From the IMG/VR virus record IMGVR_UViG_3300031911_000003, positions 1 to 64,000 of that record: 64,000 nucleotides of DNA; one strand, written 5' to 3'. The position numbers and the translations under genes were made by a program. This stretch comes from a virus. Taxonomy: Duplodnaviria; Caudoviricetes. The notes beneath the pieces are model-generated. The model saw only the letters and a program-made list of their open reading frames with translations, did no database searches and was not told the origin of the DNA. This document shows positions 1 through 8,576 of this stretch, piece after piece. Every line of letters starts with the position of its first letter. Within the stretch, counting starts at the first letter, position 1.

Positions 1-665
1 CTTGGCACGAGGAGAAAGCAGCGGATAACACCGCTTACTTGATCGGAATTAGAGCCGAGGAGGGGATAATTCGGTACAGAGCCGTCACAAAAAATGCGGG
101 CTACGGCGGCGTGAAGTGGGGAACTATTGCGGGGAAGGCTAATAGGTTCTACCCGATATACGACTGGACCGTCTACGACGTGTGGAAGTTCATCTACGAC
201 TTCGGGATAGAGTACAATAAGATCTACGACCTGATGTTCATGGACAACGTGAGCATTTATAATCGTATGCGGGTGTCGAATCTCATACATGAGAAGTCGT
301 ACAAGTGCCTAGCATCGCTACCGAAGTACGAGCCTGAGACTTATGACAGACTCTGCAAGCGGATCTCGGGCATATCGACGGCCATGAGATACGCGTCTGA
401 GAAATTAGTGTTCAGCAACCGTGACCTACCGAAGCACTACTCGAACTGGAAGCAGTTTCGCGACTTCCTGCTCGACAACATCCCCACAGAGGCGCACCGC
501 CAGACTTTCGCGGCGCGCTTCGACGGGCAGCCTGAGGCGGAAGACGTGTTCCGCGCACAGGTCGGGCAGTTGTTAGTCAACGACTTCGAGAACTCGAAGA
601 GTTTCGACGCGAAGCGCGATGAGAAGCGACAGCAACTCAAGGACAAATGGTTCAACATACTCTGA
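1..665 (+). CDS. PAPS-reductase/DUF3440 (IbrA/YbdN-like) protein, 5'-truncated by the window edge
   Basis: GIRAEE, YPIYDW..DVW and MRVSNLIHE motifs typical of the IbrA/DUF3440 family; the SGGKDS PP-loop would lie upstream of the window. Confidence 0.8.
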   Translation, partial: WHEEKAADNTAYLIGIRAEEGIIRYRAVTKNAGYGGVKWGTIAGKANRFYPIYDWTVYDVWKFIYDFGIEYNKIYDLMFMDNVSIYNRMRVSNLIHEKSYKCLASLPKYEPETYDRLCKRISGISTAMRYASEKLVFSNRDLPKHYSNWKQFRDFLLDNIPTEAHRQTFAARFDGQPEAEDVFRAQVGQLLVNDFENSKSFDAKRDEKRQQLKDKWFNIL

Positions 666-675
666 GGTAAAGAAG

Positions 676-1218
676 ATGGCAACGGTTAAGATCGAGTCTG
701 AGGCCGCGAGCGCGGCACCAATCGTCATCAGGCAACGGGCGACGGAGGCTATTGTAGTGCCGTTGGCTTCTCTGGAGGCCAACGACTACAACCCTAATCG
801 TATGCCAGGGTCCGAGATGGACCTGCTCCGTCAGTGCATCGAGAAGTTCGGCTTCCTCTTCCCGATTGTCGTCGTCAGGGCGGGAGAGAAGTACAAGATC
901 GTGGACGGCTTCCATCGCTACGAGACGCTGCGACGCATGGGCGCACAGGAAGCAGCTGTGGTGGTGCTCGAGTTGTCGCACGCCGACGCCGTGCAGCTGA
1001 CGGTGCTCATGAACCGGATCAAGGGGCTCCACCAAGTCGAGCTCATGAGCGACCTCGTCGTGAAGTTGCATGATCTGGGCCTGGAGGATGAAGAGATCTG
1101 CAAGAACCTCGGTATGGAAGTCGAGGAGTATATCCGGCTAAAGCAGCAGCTCGGCATCGCGCACAGCTTCCGCAAGCACGTGTACACGAACAGCTGGACC
1201 GTAGGAGATAAGCCCTGA
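676..1218 (+). CDS. ParB/sulfiredoxin-like nuclease-domain protein (IbrB/YbdM-like)
   Basis: ANDYNPNRM, FGFLFPIVV, IVDGFHRY, TVLMNRIKGLH; ATG at 676 after GAGG. Confidence 0.85.
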   Translation: MATVKIESEAASAAPIVIRQRATEAIVVPLASLEANDYNPNRMPGSEMDLLRQCIEKFGFLFPIVVVRAGEKYKIVDGFHRYETLRRMGAQEAAVVVLELSHADAVQLTVLMNRIKGLHQVELMSDLVVKLHDLGLEDEEICKNLGMEVEEYIRLKQQLGIAHSFRKHVYTNSWTVGDKP

Positions 1219-2465
1219 AGATCACGCACGCATACGACGTATTGCGAGCAGCTCGGGAGAGGATACGCATCGTCTTCGACGACTTCGAACGCGTCTATCT
1301 TAGCTTCTCTGGTGGCAAGGATTCGACCGTCATGCTCCATCTCGTCATGGACGAGGCTATCCGTCGGAATCGAAAGGTCGGCATCCTCATCATCGACCTC
1401 GAAGCGCAGTACGCCGACACGATCCGGCACGTCGAGACGATGGTCGAAAAGTACGCCGCCCACATCGAGCTGCACTGGGTCTGCGCGGAGCTGCTACTGC
1501 GCAACGCCGTCTCGAACTTCGAGCCGCGCTGGCGCTGCTGGGCTCTGGAGAAACGCGAGCTGTGGGTGCGCCATATGCCGGTGCGGGCGAGCGACTTATC
1601 GCAGTACGACTTCTATGTCCCAGGCATGGAATTCGAGGAGTTTGTAGAACTGTTCGCTGAATGGTACTCGTGCGGCGAGCGCTGTGCCAACTTCATCGGC
1701 ATCCGTTCCGACGAGAGCTTGCATCGCTACTACGTCTTCGCGCGCGGCGATGCAAATCCCGAATTGGGTTTCAAGTGGGTGACGGGCGTTGCCGGCTCCG
1801 CGCAGCTTTTCAATGCCTACCCAATATACGACTGGCGCACCCGCGATATATGGATCTATCACGGCAAGAACCCCGACCGCGGGTATAACGCCGTCTACGA
1901 CAAGATGAACCAGGCGGGCGTGCCTCTCGCGGACCAGCGGTTGTGCCAACCATTCGGCGATGAGCAGCGCCGCGGACTGTGGCTCTACCACGTGCTCGAG
2001 CCCGAGACATGGTACAAGCTCATCGTGCGCGTCAACGGAGCTAACAGTGGCGCGCTCTACGTGACCGAGAGTGGCAACGTCTCAGGCTACAGTAGAATAT
2101 CCAAGCCCGACGGACATACATGGCAGAGTTTCTGCCTGCTGCTCCTGAGCACGATGCCGACGCAGACTCGCGAGCACTATACGGGTCGGTTCCGTCGCTT
2201 CATCGCTGACTGGCGCCGGCGCGGCTATACCGAGATGCCCAATGAAGCTCCCTTGGAGTTAGAGCTAGGAGCACGCGGTGAGGGTTGGGCGCCGTCGTGG
2301 CGTCGCATGTGCCGCGTACTCCTGCGCAACGATTATTGGTGCAAGGGCCTTGGACAGGCACAACCTAAGAGTGAAGCATACCAGCACTTCAAGGAGCTGC
2401 GCGCCAAGAGGAAGCTGACAGCGGAGCTCGAACCCAAACCAGCGAAGCGCAGAGGGAAGAAATAA
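1215..2465 (+). CDS. PAPS-reductase/DUF3440 (YbdN-like) protein; probable CTG start
   Basis: SFSGGKDS PP-loop, GIRSDES, YPIYDW, QRLCQPFGDEQRRGLWLY, PSWRRMCRVLLRNDYWC; in-frame CTG at 1215 follows AGGAG (1203-1207) and overlaps the upstream TGA. Confidence 0.85.
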   Translation: MKITHAYDVLRAARERIRIVFDDFERVYLSFSGGKDSTVMLHLVMDEAIRRNRKVGILIIDLEAQYADTIRHVETMVEKYAAHIELHWVCAELLLRNAVSNFEPRWRCWALEKRELWVRHMPVRASDLSQYDFYVPGMEFEEFVELFAEWYSCGERCANFIGIRSDESLHRYYVFARGDANPELGFKWVTGVAGSAQLFNAYPIYDWRTRDIWIYHGKNPDRGYNAVYDKMNQAGVPLADQRLCQPFGDEQRRGLWLYHVLEPETWYKLIVRVNGANSGALYVTESGNVSGYSRISKPDGHTWQSFCLLLLSTMPTQTREHYTGRFRRFIADWRRRGYTEMPNEAPLELELGARGEGWAPSWRRMCRVLLRNDYWCKGLGQAQPKSEAYQHFKELRAKRKLTAELEPKPAKRRGKK

Positions 2466-2466
2466 G

Positions 2467-3327
2467 ATGGAAAAGTTGAACTGGAGTAAAGCAGGTGAGG
2501 GCTGGGCTGCCGTGGCTGGACGCTTCGCGCTGCGCGTGATTAGAAGCGGCGGCCTCGCCTTCGAGTGGCGCGTCTACGAAAACGCGGATCTCATCGCTTC
2601 CGGCACGGTGCCGATCGGCAGTGTCCGTCGCGCCGAGACTGCAAACCTGTTGCTGGCGAGGGGCGCGGCGCAGCGAGCCGCTGCGCAAGAAGCCCGACGG
2701 CTCATCTCCAAGCGCCACTCACAAAAGCAACCCGTGCAGCGCGTCTACTTCGACGGCTGCGAGGGGTCGGGCAAGACGACGCTGGCGCGCGAGACTGCGC
2801 GGCGCTATGAGCTCCCGTTTCTGACTGAGGTCGCGAGCGGCGTGCTGTACGAGTTCCAGCAGCGCGTAGGCGAGCGGGCGCAAAGCTGGGCGCGCATCCG
2901 GGCGGACGTCGGGCTGAGCTCGGAGGTTCAGGAGCGGGTGATGGCCAGGCAGCTCGCGGACGAGCGCGCGACGCCGCCGCCGGCCGTCTACGACCGGACG
3001 CTGTCGTGCCTCGCCTACTCGGCGCTGTACGCCGACAACTTCAGAGCGCTCCTAGATGCGGTGCCGCCCGAGTACCTCGCTGAACTGCGCAGATCCGTCG
3101 TGTTCCTCGTGCGCCCGCAGCGTGAGCTGCTCGGCGCGGCCGACGGCGTGCGGCAGCCGGTTGCCTGGGAGAACCAGATTCGGATCGACCAGACCATGGA
3201 ACTGTTGTTCAAGCTGTGGGATGTCAGCTTCGTGAGCGTCGAGCAGCTCTGCGCCGCGCAGCGGCAGCACCTCGTCGATTGGTGCCTGCAGTCTCGCGGT
3301 TTCAGGCTTGCCGTGGGCTCACCGTAG
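2467..3327 (+). CDS. P-loop nucleotide kinase (AAA_28/thymidylate-kinase-like) with N-terminal extension
   Basis: VYFDGCEGSGKTTLARE Walker A, VYDRTLSCLAYS. Confidence 0.7.
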   Translation: MEKLNWSKAGEGWAAVAGRFALRVIRSGGLAFEWRVYENADLIASGTVPIGSVRRAETANLLLARGAAQRAAAQEARRLISKRHSQKQPVQRVYFDGCEGSGKTTLARETARRYELPFLTEVASGVLYEFQQRVGERAQSWARIRADVGLSSEVQERVMARQLADERATPPPAVYDRTLSCLAYSALYADNFRALLDAVPPEYLAELRRSVVFLVRPQRELLGAADGVRQPVAWENQIRIDQTMELLFKLWDVSFVSVEQLCAAQRQHLVDWCLQSRGFRLAVGSP

Positions 3328-3511
3328 TGATACCGTCGCCGTCGTGGAAGAACTGGACAAGCTACTGACAGACCTGGCGAGGTACGCGGCGGAGGACGGT
3401 ACGCAAGCACCGTCCACGGAGTTCGCCGCGCTCGCCATAAGACAGCTCTTCGTGCGGAAGGAGATCCGCGTGCGTGGAGAGATAGAGGCGCGACGTGAAC
3501 AAGCGAACTGA
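3308..3511 (+). CDS. hypothetical protein
   Basis: GC3-rich ORF packed between neighbours; start uncertain. Confidence 0.4.
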   Translation: MPWAHRSDTVAVVEELDKLLTDLARYAAEDGTQAPSTEFAALAIRQLFVRKEIRVRGEIEARREQAN

Positions 3512-3755
3512 AGTAACTGTCGAGGGCAACGACGTGGCTGGCGACGGCGAGCGCGAGCAGGTGGCGGCGCCGCGGGCGATGAAGGTCTACCCGGCGAGCG
3601 AGGCCGAGGCGCGGCTCATGATAGACCAGCTTCGAGACGCCGTTCGGATGTGGATGACGACGGCGAAGATCCTGTTTGACAACGAGAAGCTGCTTGTCGC
3701 CCGCCTCTCCAAATACGAGATGGTCAATCTCACCCCAATATCTACGGAACTGTAA
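3495..3755 (+). CDS. hypothetical protein
   Basis: ORF with genome-typical codon use, overlapping the upstream stop. Confidence 0.55.
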   Translation: MNKRTEVTVEGNDVAGDGEREQVAAPRAMKVYPASEAEARLMIDQLRDAVRMWMTTAKILFDNEKLLVARLSKYEMVNLTPISTEL

Positions 3756-3763
3756 CCGTGCGG

Positions 3764-3895
3764 ATGTTGCTGGTATTGGCATTGATTCTCACGCCCGCCG
3801 CGATTGACCGCTGCGTCGGCCACTGCTGGAAATCCTATCCGTGCGCGTACAAGGTTCGGTGCTGCTCAAAGTGTCGCGCTCGATGCGGGTGGTGA
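3764..3895 (+). CDS. small secreted Cys-rich cationic peptide (43 aa; not in ORF track)
   Basis: MLLVLALILTPAAIDRCVGHCWKSYPCAYKVRCCSKCRARCGW; fills the gap between neighbours. Confidence 0.45.
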   Translation: MLLVLALILTPAAIDRCVGHCWKSYPCAYKVRCCSKCRARCGW

Positions 3896-3911
3896 CCGAA
3901 CCATCTATCGC

Positions 3912-4202
3912 ATGATGCGCGCCTCGTTTCTCTTGGCCATCTCCCTCGTAGCCTGCGGGCCGGCGCTGCGCGAGCAGCAGTTGCTCGCGGCGCGCGTCCA
4001 AGCCGCCGCCAAGTCGTGCAAGGCGAACCGACTGCGCTGCCAGAGCGCTGACCTCTGCGCCAGGCGCGCGCAGACCGCGCAGAGCGCTATTCAGAGCGCG
4101 CAGGAGGCGCGCTCGCGCGGTCAGGCTATCGCAGACCAGGAAGCGAACGCAGCGGGCTCCTACGCGGCCGCAGACAGCATCTGCAAGGCGGGTGGGTGGT
4201 GA
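3912..4202 (+). CDS. lipoprotein in lysis cassette (spanin-like?)
   Basis: Lipobox LVAC followed by an Ala/Gln helical region; ACCATC motif 7 nt upstream of ATG 3912. Confidence 0.6.
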   Translation: MMRASFLLAISLVACGPALREQQLLAARVQAAAKSCKANRLRCQSADLCARRAQTAQSAIQSAQEARSRGQAIADQEANAAGSYAAADSICKAGGW

Positions 4203-4351
4203 TCGCGCTAGCGGTGTTCTTCGACTCGCTGGCTGCGTGGTTCAAGAGCTGGCGCAGCGCCAAAGCGGGCGCCGAAGTCGCGGCGGGCAAGAGGGCCAAG
4301 GAAGAGACGGACGCTGCCGCAGCCGAGATCGCCGCGGAGCTCAAGAAGTGA
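4199..4351 (+). CDS. small membrane-anchored lysis-cassette protein
   Basis: GTG start overlapping the upstream TGA; MIALAVFFDSLAAWFKSWRSAKAGAEVAAGKRAKEETD... Confidence 0.5.
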   Translation: MIALAVFFDSLAAWFKSWRSAKAGAEVAAGKRAKEETDAAAAEIAAELKK

Positions 4352-4382
4352 TTGCGCGAGACGTAGTTGAGGCGTTACGCGG

Positions 4383-4973
4383 ATGAGGCACCCTGGCGCA
4401 GAGTGGCTGCCGTCGCCGAACTTCTCGCGGCGCAGAGAACCGGTACGTTTCATTACATGTCATCAGACGGACGGGCAACCTGACGTCTACCGCGCCGCTG
4501 AGTCGCACTGCGACCCAAAGAACCAGAAGTCGGCGCACTTCTTCGTCGGCCGAGCCGGCGAGGTGCTGCAGCTCGTCGACACCGACGACTGCGCCTGGCA
4601 CGACAGCGGCCGGAACGGCGAGAGCATCGGGATAGAGTTCGTCGCGCGACAGCCAGGCGAGTTCGACGACAGGTGGCACAAGCTGAGCGGCGGCACGAAG
4701 CAGGCTCTCGGTGCGCGGAGCACTGACGATCGCGACCCGGGGCTGCCACTGACGGAGCCACAGCTCGCTGCGGGTGCCAAGCTCGTCGCCGCGCTGCTCC
4801 GGCATCACGGCCTGTTGCTCGAAGCGGTGCGCCCGCACTGCAGCTCGCCTACGACCACGCACACGAAATGCGGCGCCGACAAGTCTGCGGGCGGCATCTG
4901 GGATTGGACTGATTTCAGACGGAGGATCGATGAGGCGCTTACTGCTCTCGCTACTGAACCTGCTCAGGGCTGA
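4383..4973 (+). CDS. endolysin, N-acetylmuramoyl-L-alanine amidase (Amidase_2)
   Basis: WLPSPNFS, ITCHQT, SAHFFVG, AWH, SIGIE, VRPH, KCG zinc-amidase motifs. Confidence 0.9.
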   Translation: MRHPGAEWLPSPNFSRRREPVRFITCHQTDGQPDVYRAAESHCDPKNQKSAHFFVGRAGEVLQLVDTDDCAWHDSGRNGESIGIEFVARQPGEFDDRWHKLSGGTKQALGARSTDDRDPGLPLTEPQLAAGAKLVAALLRHHGLLLEAVRPHCSSPTTTHTKCGADKSAGGIWDWTDFRRRIDEALTALATEPAQG

Positions 4974-5000
4974 CCGCGGCGGGCTGTCGGCCTGCTACGC

Positions 5001-5747
5001 CTAGATCGACCAGGGCCAGACGAAAAGATCCGTCGGAAGTGGACTGATGTAGTTCGGATTGATGTGACGCTCGATGCCCGGATACGTGACACTCCTGACT
5101 CTGAGCTCCTCGTATCCTCGAGTGAGCTGCTCTCTGACGACCTGTCCGTTCGGCTGTGGCGCCTGCCACTGTGGCAGTGTGGCGATCAAGAACCAGTTCG
5201 GATCCGAGACGCCCATGTTCGTGAAGAAGCGGTGAATCGGCGGTCGCTGCGCGTACTCGAGGGCGTGTGGGCCGAAGAGCGCCTGATCGTCGAGGTTGGG
5301 CCAGACGGCCTCGCAGGCGTAGCCGTGGATTTGGTTACGCCTGAAGTTCGTCGAGTTGAGCGACACTCGATTCGCCAGCCACCCTCCACTGCCCGGCACA
5401 TCGGTGCTCGGGTTCGGACTCGTCCCGTCGAAGTAGAAGATGGGCCCGCAGATCGGGGTTTGTGTCGCACCGTCGCGGTCGATCCAAGGCGCTGAGCAGC
5501 CGGGTGTGTAGAAGCGTTGTAGGTTGTGAAGCGCTGCGAGCACTGGCGCTTCCGTCCCGTCGTGCGCCGCATCGGTATGGATGGCCGGCGCATCGAGCTG
5601 CGCGGCCAAGACGAGCAAGTTCTGCCAGCACGCCGCGTTGAAGGGCACGTCGTAGTCGCTCGAACAGCAGACGATCGGCGGCCCGCGGAAGGTGGCCTGC
5701 GTCACCGTTCCGGCAATGACCGCTGCGCCGCGCATGTTGGAAAGCAT
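5001..5747 (-). CDS. hypothetical virion/tail-associated protein
   Basis: Last gene of the minus-strand tail-fibre cluster, closely following 5750..6502. Confidence 0.5.
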   Translation of the reverse strand: MLSNMRGAAVIAGTVTQATFRGPPIVCCSSDYDVPFNAACWQNLLVLAAQLDAPAIHTDAAHDGTEAPVLAALHNLQRFYTPGCSAPWIDRDGATQTPICGPIFYFDGTSPNPSTDVPGSGGWLANRVSLNSTNFRRNQIHGYACEAVWPNLDDQALFGPHALEYAQRPPIHRFFTNMGVSDPNWFLIATLPQWQAPQPNGQVVREQLTRGYEELRVRSVTYPGIERHINPNYISPLPTDLFVWPWSI

Positions 5748-5749
5748 GA

Positions 5750-6502
5750 TTAGAGCGTGAAGCCGACGAGAAAAAGAGAGAGATTGGCGGCGGAATTGGA
5801 CACCAAGTAATCGATGGTGCCGAGGTCTTGCGCTTCGAGCTGCATGGAGTAGCCAGCCGTCGCGCCCGCATCGAACAGGATCTGACCGTTCGTTGTCTGA
5901 ATCAGGATCGCAGATCGCAACGAGCCGTCCGCGACGAGACTCGCGATCAAGCGCACCTTAGAGCAGTTTGGCGGTCGGAGAGCACCATAGCTGACGGAGG
6001 TAAAGGTGGTGGCTGTTCCTGCAGCCAAGATGCGCGTCGAGATGTAAGCTCCAATGTAAGTAAACTCGAGTTCATTTTGGGATTGTGGTATGACGTTTCC
6101 TGACGCATTGGTGATGAACGTGCTGACCCACATAGATGAATCGTCGCCGCTGCGGTAGTTCAAGCCGGCGTCGGGTCCGTCGACCGTGACGGTGAAGGTG
6201 AGTGTGTTTGCCACGATCCGAGCGTAGACCCAGTAGCGGGTGCTGTTCGCGAGGCCGCCGCTAAGCGCGGCGGGGTTGATCGTCGTCTGGGTGAGGTTCG
6301 CGAGCGTGCGCCAGGCCGTCCCGTCGTACACCTGGATGGCGCCGAGCGGCTCGATCACCATCGACGTGTTGCTGACGAGCCGCGTGCGGCGCTTCACATC
6401 GAGATGTGCGCTCGCTTGCGAGCTACCCGTGTCGGCTGGCTCTTGTGACGGCGGCGAACAAGCCAGAAGCGTGAGAGCCAAACTTAGGATGTAGGTTCGC
6501 AT
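5750..6502 (-). CDS. lipoprotein carrying a tail-fibre-like beta domain (paralog of 6504..7388)
   Basis: Lipobox LLAC; end-to-end similarity to the upstream gene (VKRR, SM.I.PLG, TRY.VYA, VSTF.T..SG, IDYLV.N..A.LS....GFTL). Confidence 0.65.
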   Translation of the reverse strand: MRTYILSLALTLLACSPPSQEPADTGSSQASAHLDVKRRTRLVSNTSMVIEPLGAIQVYDGTAWRTLANLTQTTINPAALSGGLANSTRYWVYARIVANTLTFTVTVDGPDAGLNYRSGDDSSMWVSTFITNASGNVIPQSQNELEFTYIGAYISTRILAAGTATTFTSVSYGALRPPNCSKVRLIASLVADGSLRSAILIQTTNGQILFDAGATAGYSMQLEAQDLGTIDYLVSNSAANLSLFLVGFTL

Positions 6503-6503
6503 G

Positions 6504-7388
6504 TTAGAGCGTGAACCCCGCTACGTGGATCGACAGGCTGGCGTTCGCGTTGCCAACGAGGTAATCGATTTGGAGCCCATTCACCAATGCATAAGGCACG
6601 AAAGCCGACGATGTGATACCCGTCGCCGACGTCTCCTGAATGAACACGTTCGTTGGTGTAGAAGTCCGTAGGGTCGCGGTGGTATTGGTCGTAGACGACC
6701 AACTAGGTCGCAGCAATGCGATCTGCGCCTCCGCTGGTATGATTCCAGCCAACGATACAGTTGCAGCGACGGTTGAATTACCTGCGTTGAGGACTCGGTT
6801 ATTGATGGAGTATTCAAAGTACCTATATTCCCCATCTACTTGAGTGTATTCGAGAAGAGCTCCGGCAGAAGAGGTGTAGAACGTCGAGACGAACATGTTG
6901 TCCGTCGTAGTCGAATCGTAGTTGAGGCCGACTTCCGGCGCGTTAGTCGAGACGCGGAAGCCCACGGCGCCACCGTTGTTGTAGGCGTAGACGTAGTAGC
7001 GCGTCAGGTTCGCAAGCGAGCCGCCGGCTAGCGCGGTCGGATCGATCGTCGATGCGGTAAGGTGCGGCAGCGTCACCCAGTTGCCGCCGGAGGTGACCTG
7101 CACTCCACCGAGCGGTTGAATGATCATGGAAGTCGACGAGACGCCTTTCACACGGCGCTTCACGCCGCCGCCGTGCAGCATCTGGCGCGCGCCGACGAGG
7201 CCGTTGACGAGCGGCTGCAGTGCGAGATCGCGCATGTTGGCTGAGCTCAGCGGGTCGAAGTTCGCCGGTCCCTGGATGGTGTCGGCGGCGGGGAAGGCTC
7301 CGTTTCCTACAAGGGGCGTGGTCATATCTGGAGATGGTTGCTCGCAAGAGGCCAGGGCAAGTAGAAAGGCAAGGGCTACGCGGTTCAT
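6504..7388 (-). CDS. tail-fibre-like protein with N-terminal lipoprotein signal; second start at 7325
   Basis: GGAGG SD before ATG 7388, lipobox LASC; internal ATG 7325 has ACCATC 8 nt upstream; follows the baseplate wedge gene. Confidence 0.65.
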   Translation of the reverse strand: MNRVALAFLLALASCEQPSPDMTTPLVGNGAFPAADTIQGPANFDPLSSANMRDLALQPLVNGLVGARQMLHGGGVKRRVKGVSSTSMIIQPLGGVQVTSGGNWVTLPHLTASTIDPTALAGGSLANLTRYYVYAYNNGGAVGFRVSTNAPEVGLNYDSTTTDNMFVSTFYTSSAGALLEYTQVDGEYRYFEYSINNRVLNAGNSTVAATVSLAGIIPAEAQIALLRPSWSSTTNTTATLRTSTPTNVFIQETSATGITSSAFVPYALVNGLQIDYLVGNANASLSIHVAGFTL

Positions 7389-7474
7389 ATTTGTTCTCCT
7401 CCGATTGGAATCGGAAGAGTAACAGCTCTGGCGAACCGTTAACAGCTAGGGTTTCTACTAGTTCTGCTCGGTAA

Positions 7475-8230
7475 CTAGGGGTCGAACCCTACGACTTCGG
7501 GCGGTACAAAGCCTCGCTGCGCCCAGTGCGTCTCTCCGACGACGACGCGGTGCAAGTCGGCCTCGTCGCCATCAGCCCACTCGCCGACGTCCCAGCCGGG
7601 TTCGGTGTCCCAGAGCCGGCCGGCGCCTAGCCATATGTACAGGTACGTCGGAGTGTCGTGACCGGCGCGGAAGGTGCGCAGCAGGCGGCGGACTTGCTGC
7701 ACTTGAGCCTGCGTCGCAGTGGCGTCCCAGAGGCCGACGTCCCAGCCGGGTTCGGTGTCCCAGTAGCGCTTTTCGATCGGCAACGGCGGCTGGAGCAGCA
7801 CGTCGAACTGCGCCCAGACGTCACGGGCGAAAGCGTTGACGTAGGGCCACGGGCTCGGCGGTGGTGCTGGCGCATCGTAGCGACGCTTGACGACGACGTT
7901 CAAAAACCCCATGCGGCTGAGGTTGTATTGGTGGACGTGCTGCGAGCCGGCGACGCGCCACAACTCCCAGGCGGTGCGCAGGACCATGCGGTAGTCCGGC
8001 TCTGACTCGCCGATCGCCTGTTCGACGCCTCGCTCGGCCGCGATGTAGACGAGGCCGTCGGACGGTGCGAATTCCGGAAAGCGCGCGAGCACCGCCTGAT
8101 AGACGCGCTCGAAGCTCTCGTCCATGAGCGCGCCGAGAGTGCCCTGCCAGGCGTCGCCCGCCTCGTCCTTCAAGAAGGGCTTGTTCACCGCGACGCGGTA
8201 CGCCTGGAAGCTCTGGTCTGCGACAGCCAT
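7475..8230 (-). CDS. baseplate wedge / tail formation protein (P2 gpI / Mu gp48-like)
   Basis: APSDGLVYIAAERG, YRMVLRTAWELWRVAGS, WD-rich repeats; tail context. Confidence 0.65.
   Translation of the reverse strand: MAVADQSFQAYRVAVNKPFLKDEAGDAWQGTLGALMDESFERVYQAVLARFPEFAPSDGLVYIAAERGVEQAIGESEPDYRMVLRTAWELWRVAGSQHVHQYNLSRMGFLNVVVKRRYDAPAPPPSPWPYVNAFARDVWAQFDVLLQPPLPIEKRYWDTEPGWDVGLWDATATQAQVQQVRRLLRTFRAGHDTPTYLYIWLGAGRLWDTEPGWDVGEWADGDEADLHRVVVGETHWAQRGFVPPEVVGFDP
7583..7763. repeat. 31-bp direct repeat (7583-7613 and 7733-7763) encoding WDTEPGWDVG twice
   Basis: Identical gccgacgtcccagccgggttcggtgtcccag in both copies. Confidence 0.9.
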
Positions 8231-8355
8231 CTATGCGAGGATGGTCCCTCACGGTCGAAAAGAACAGGAGGCGACGCTGCGCTGGCTCGATTACGGCTTA
8301 ACTACTTCCGCGCCGCACAGGACGCTGGCGCGGAAGTCTTATGCAGAGTGGCTGG

Positions 8356-8523
8356 CTACTCGCCCTTTACGACCTTGGCGCGCGGCTGTTCGTTGAGCTC
8401 GCCGGCTTCGCTCTGCTCGTCGTCGTCCGTCGGGCGGGGCGCCGAGTTCTCGCCCGGCTTGGTTCCACCCTCGTACTTGCCCTTCTCGCTGTTCGGGATC
8501 TTGGGATCGGTGTTCTGTGCCAT
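8356..8523 (-). CDS. small hydrophilic protein
   Basis: GGAG SD before ATG 8523; MAQNTDPKIPNSEKG... Confidence 0.5.
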   Translation of the reverse strand: MAQNTDPKIPNSEKGKYEGGTKPGENSAPRPTDDDEQSEAGELNEQPRAKVVKGE

Positions 8524-8576
8524 GATATGGCTCCTTTCAATCTGAAGGCTGGCTTCGGAGAGCGCGGCGCGCAAGC

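Noticed and set aside
6380-6410. ACATCTC before an in-frame GTG in the second fibre paralog as another internal late start
   Set aside because: One mismatch to the motif and only a 6-nt spacer, so too weak
7583-7763. 31-bp repeat as a regulatory or mobile-element scar
   Set aside because: Both copies are in frame and encode a WD-type peptide repeat in a baseplate protein
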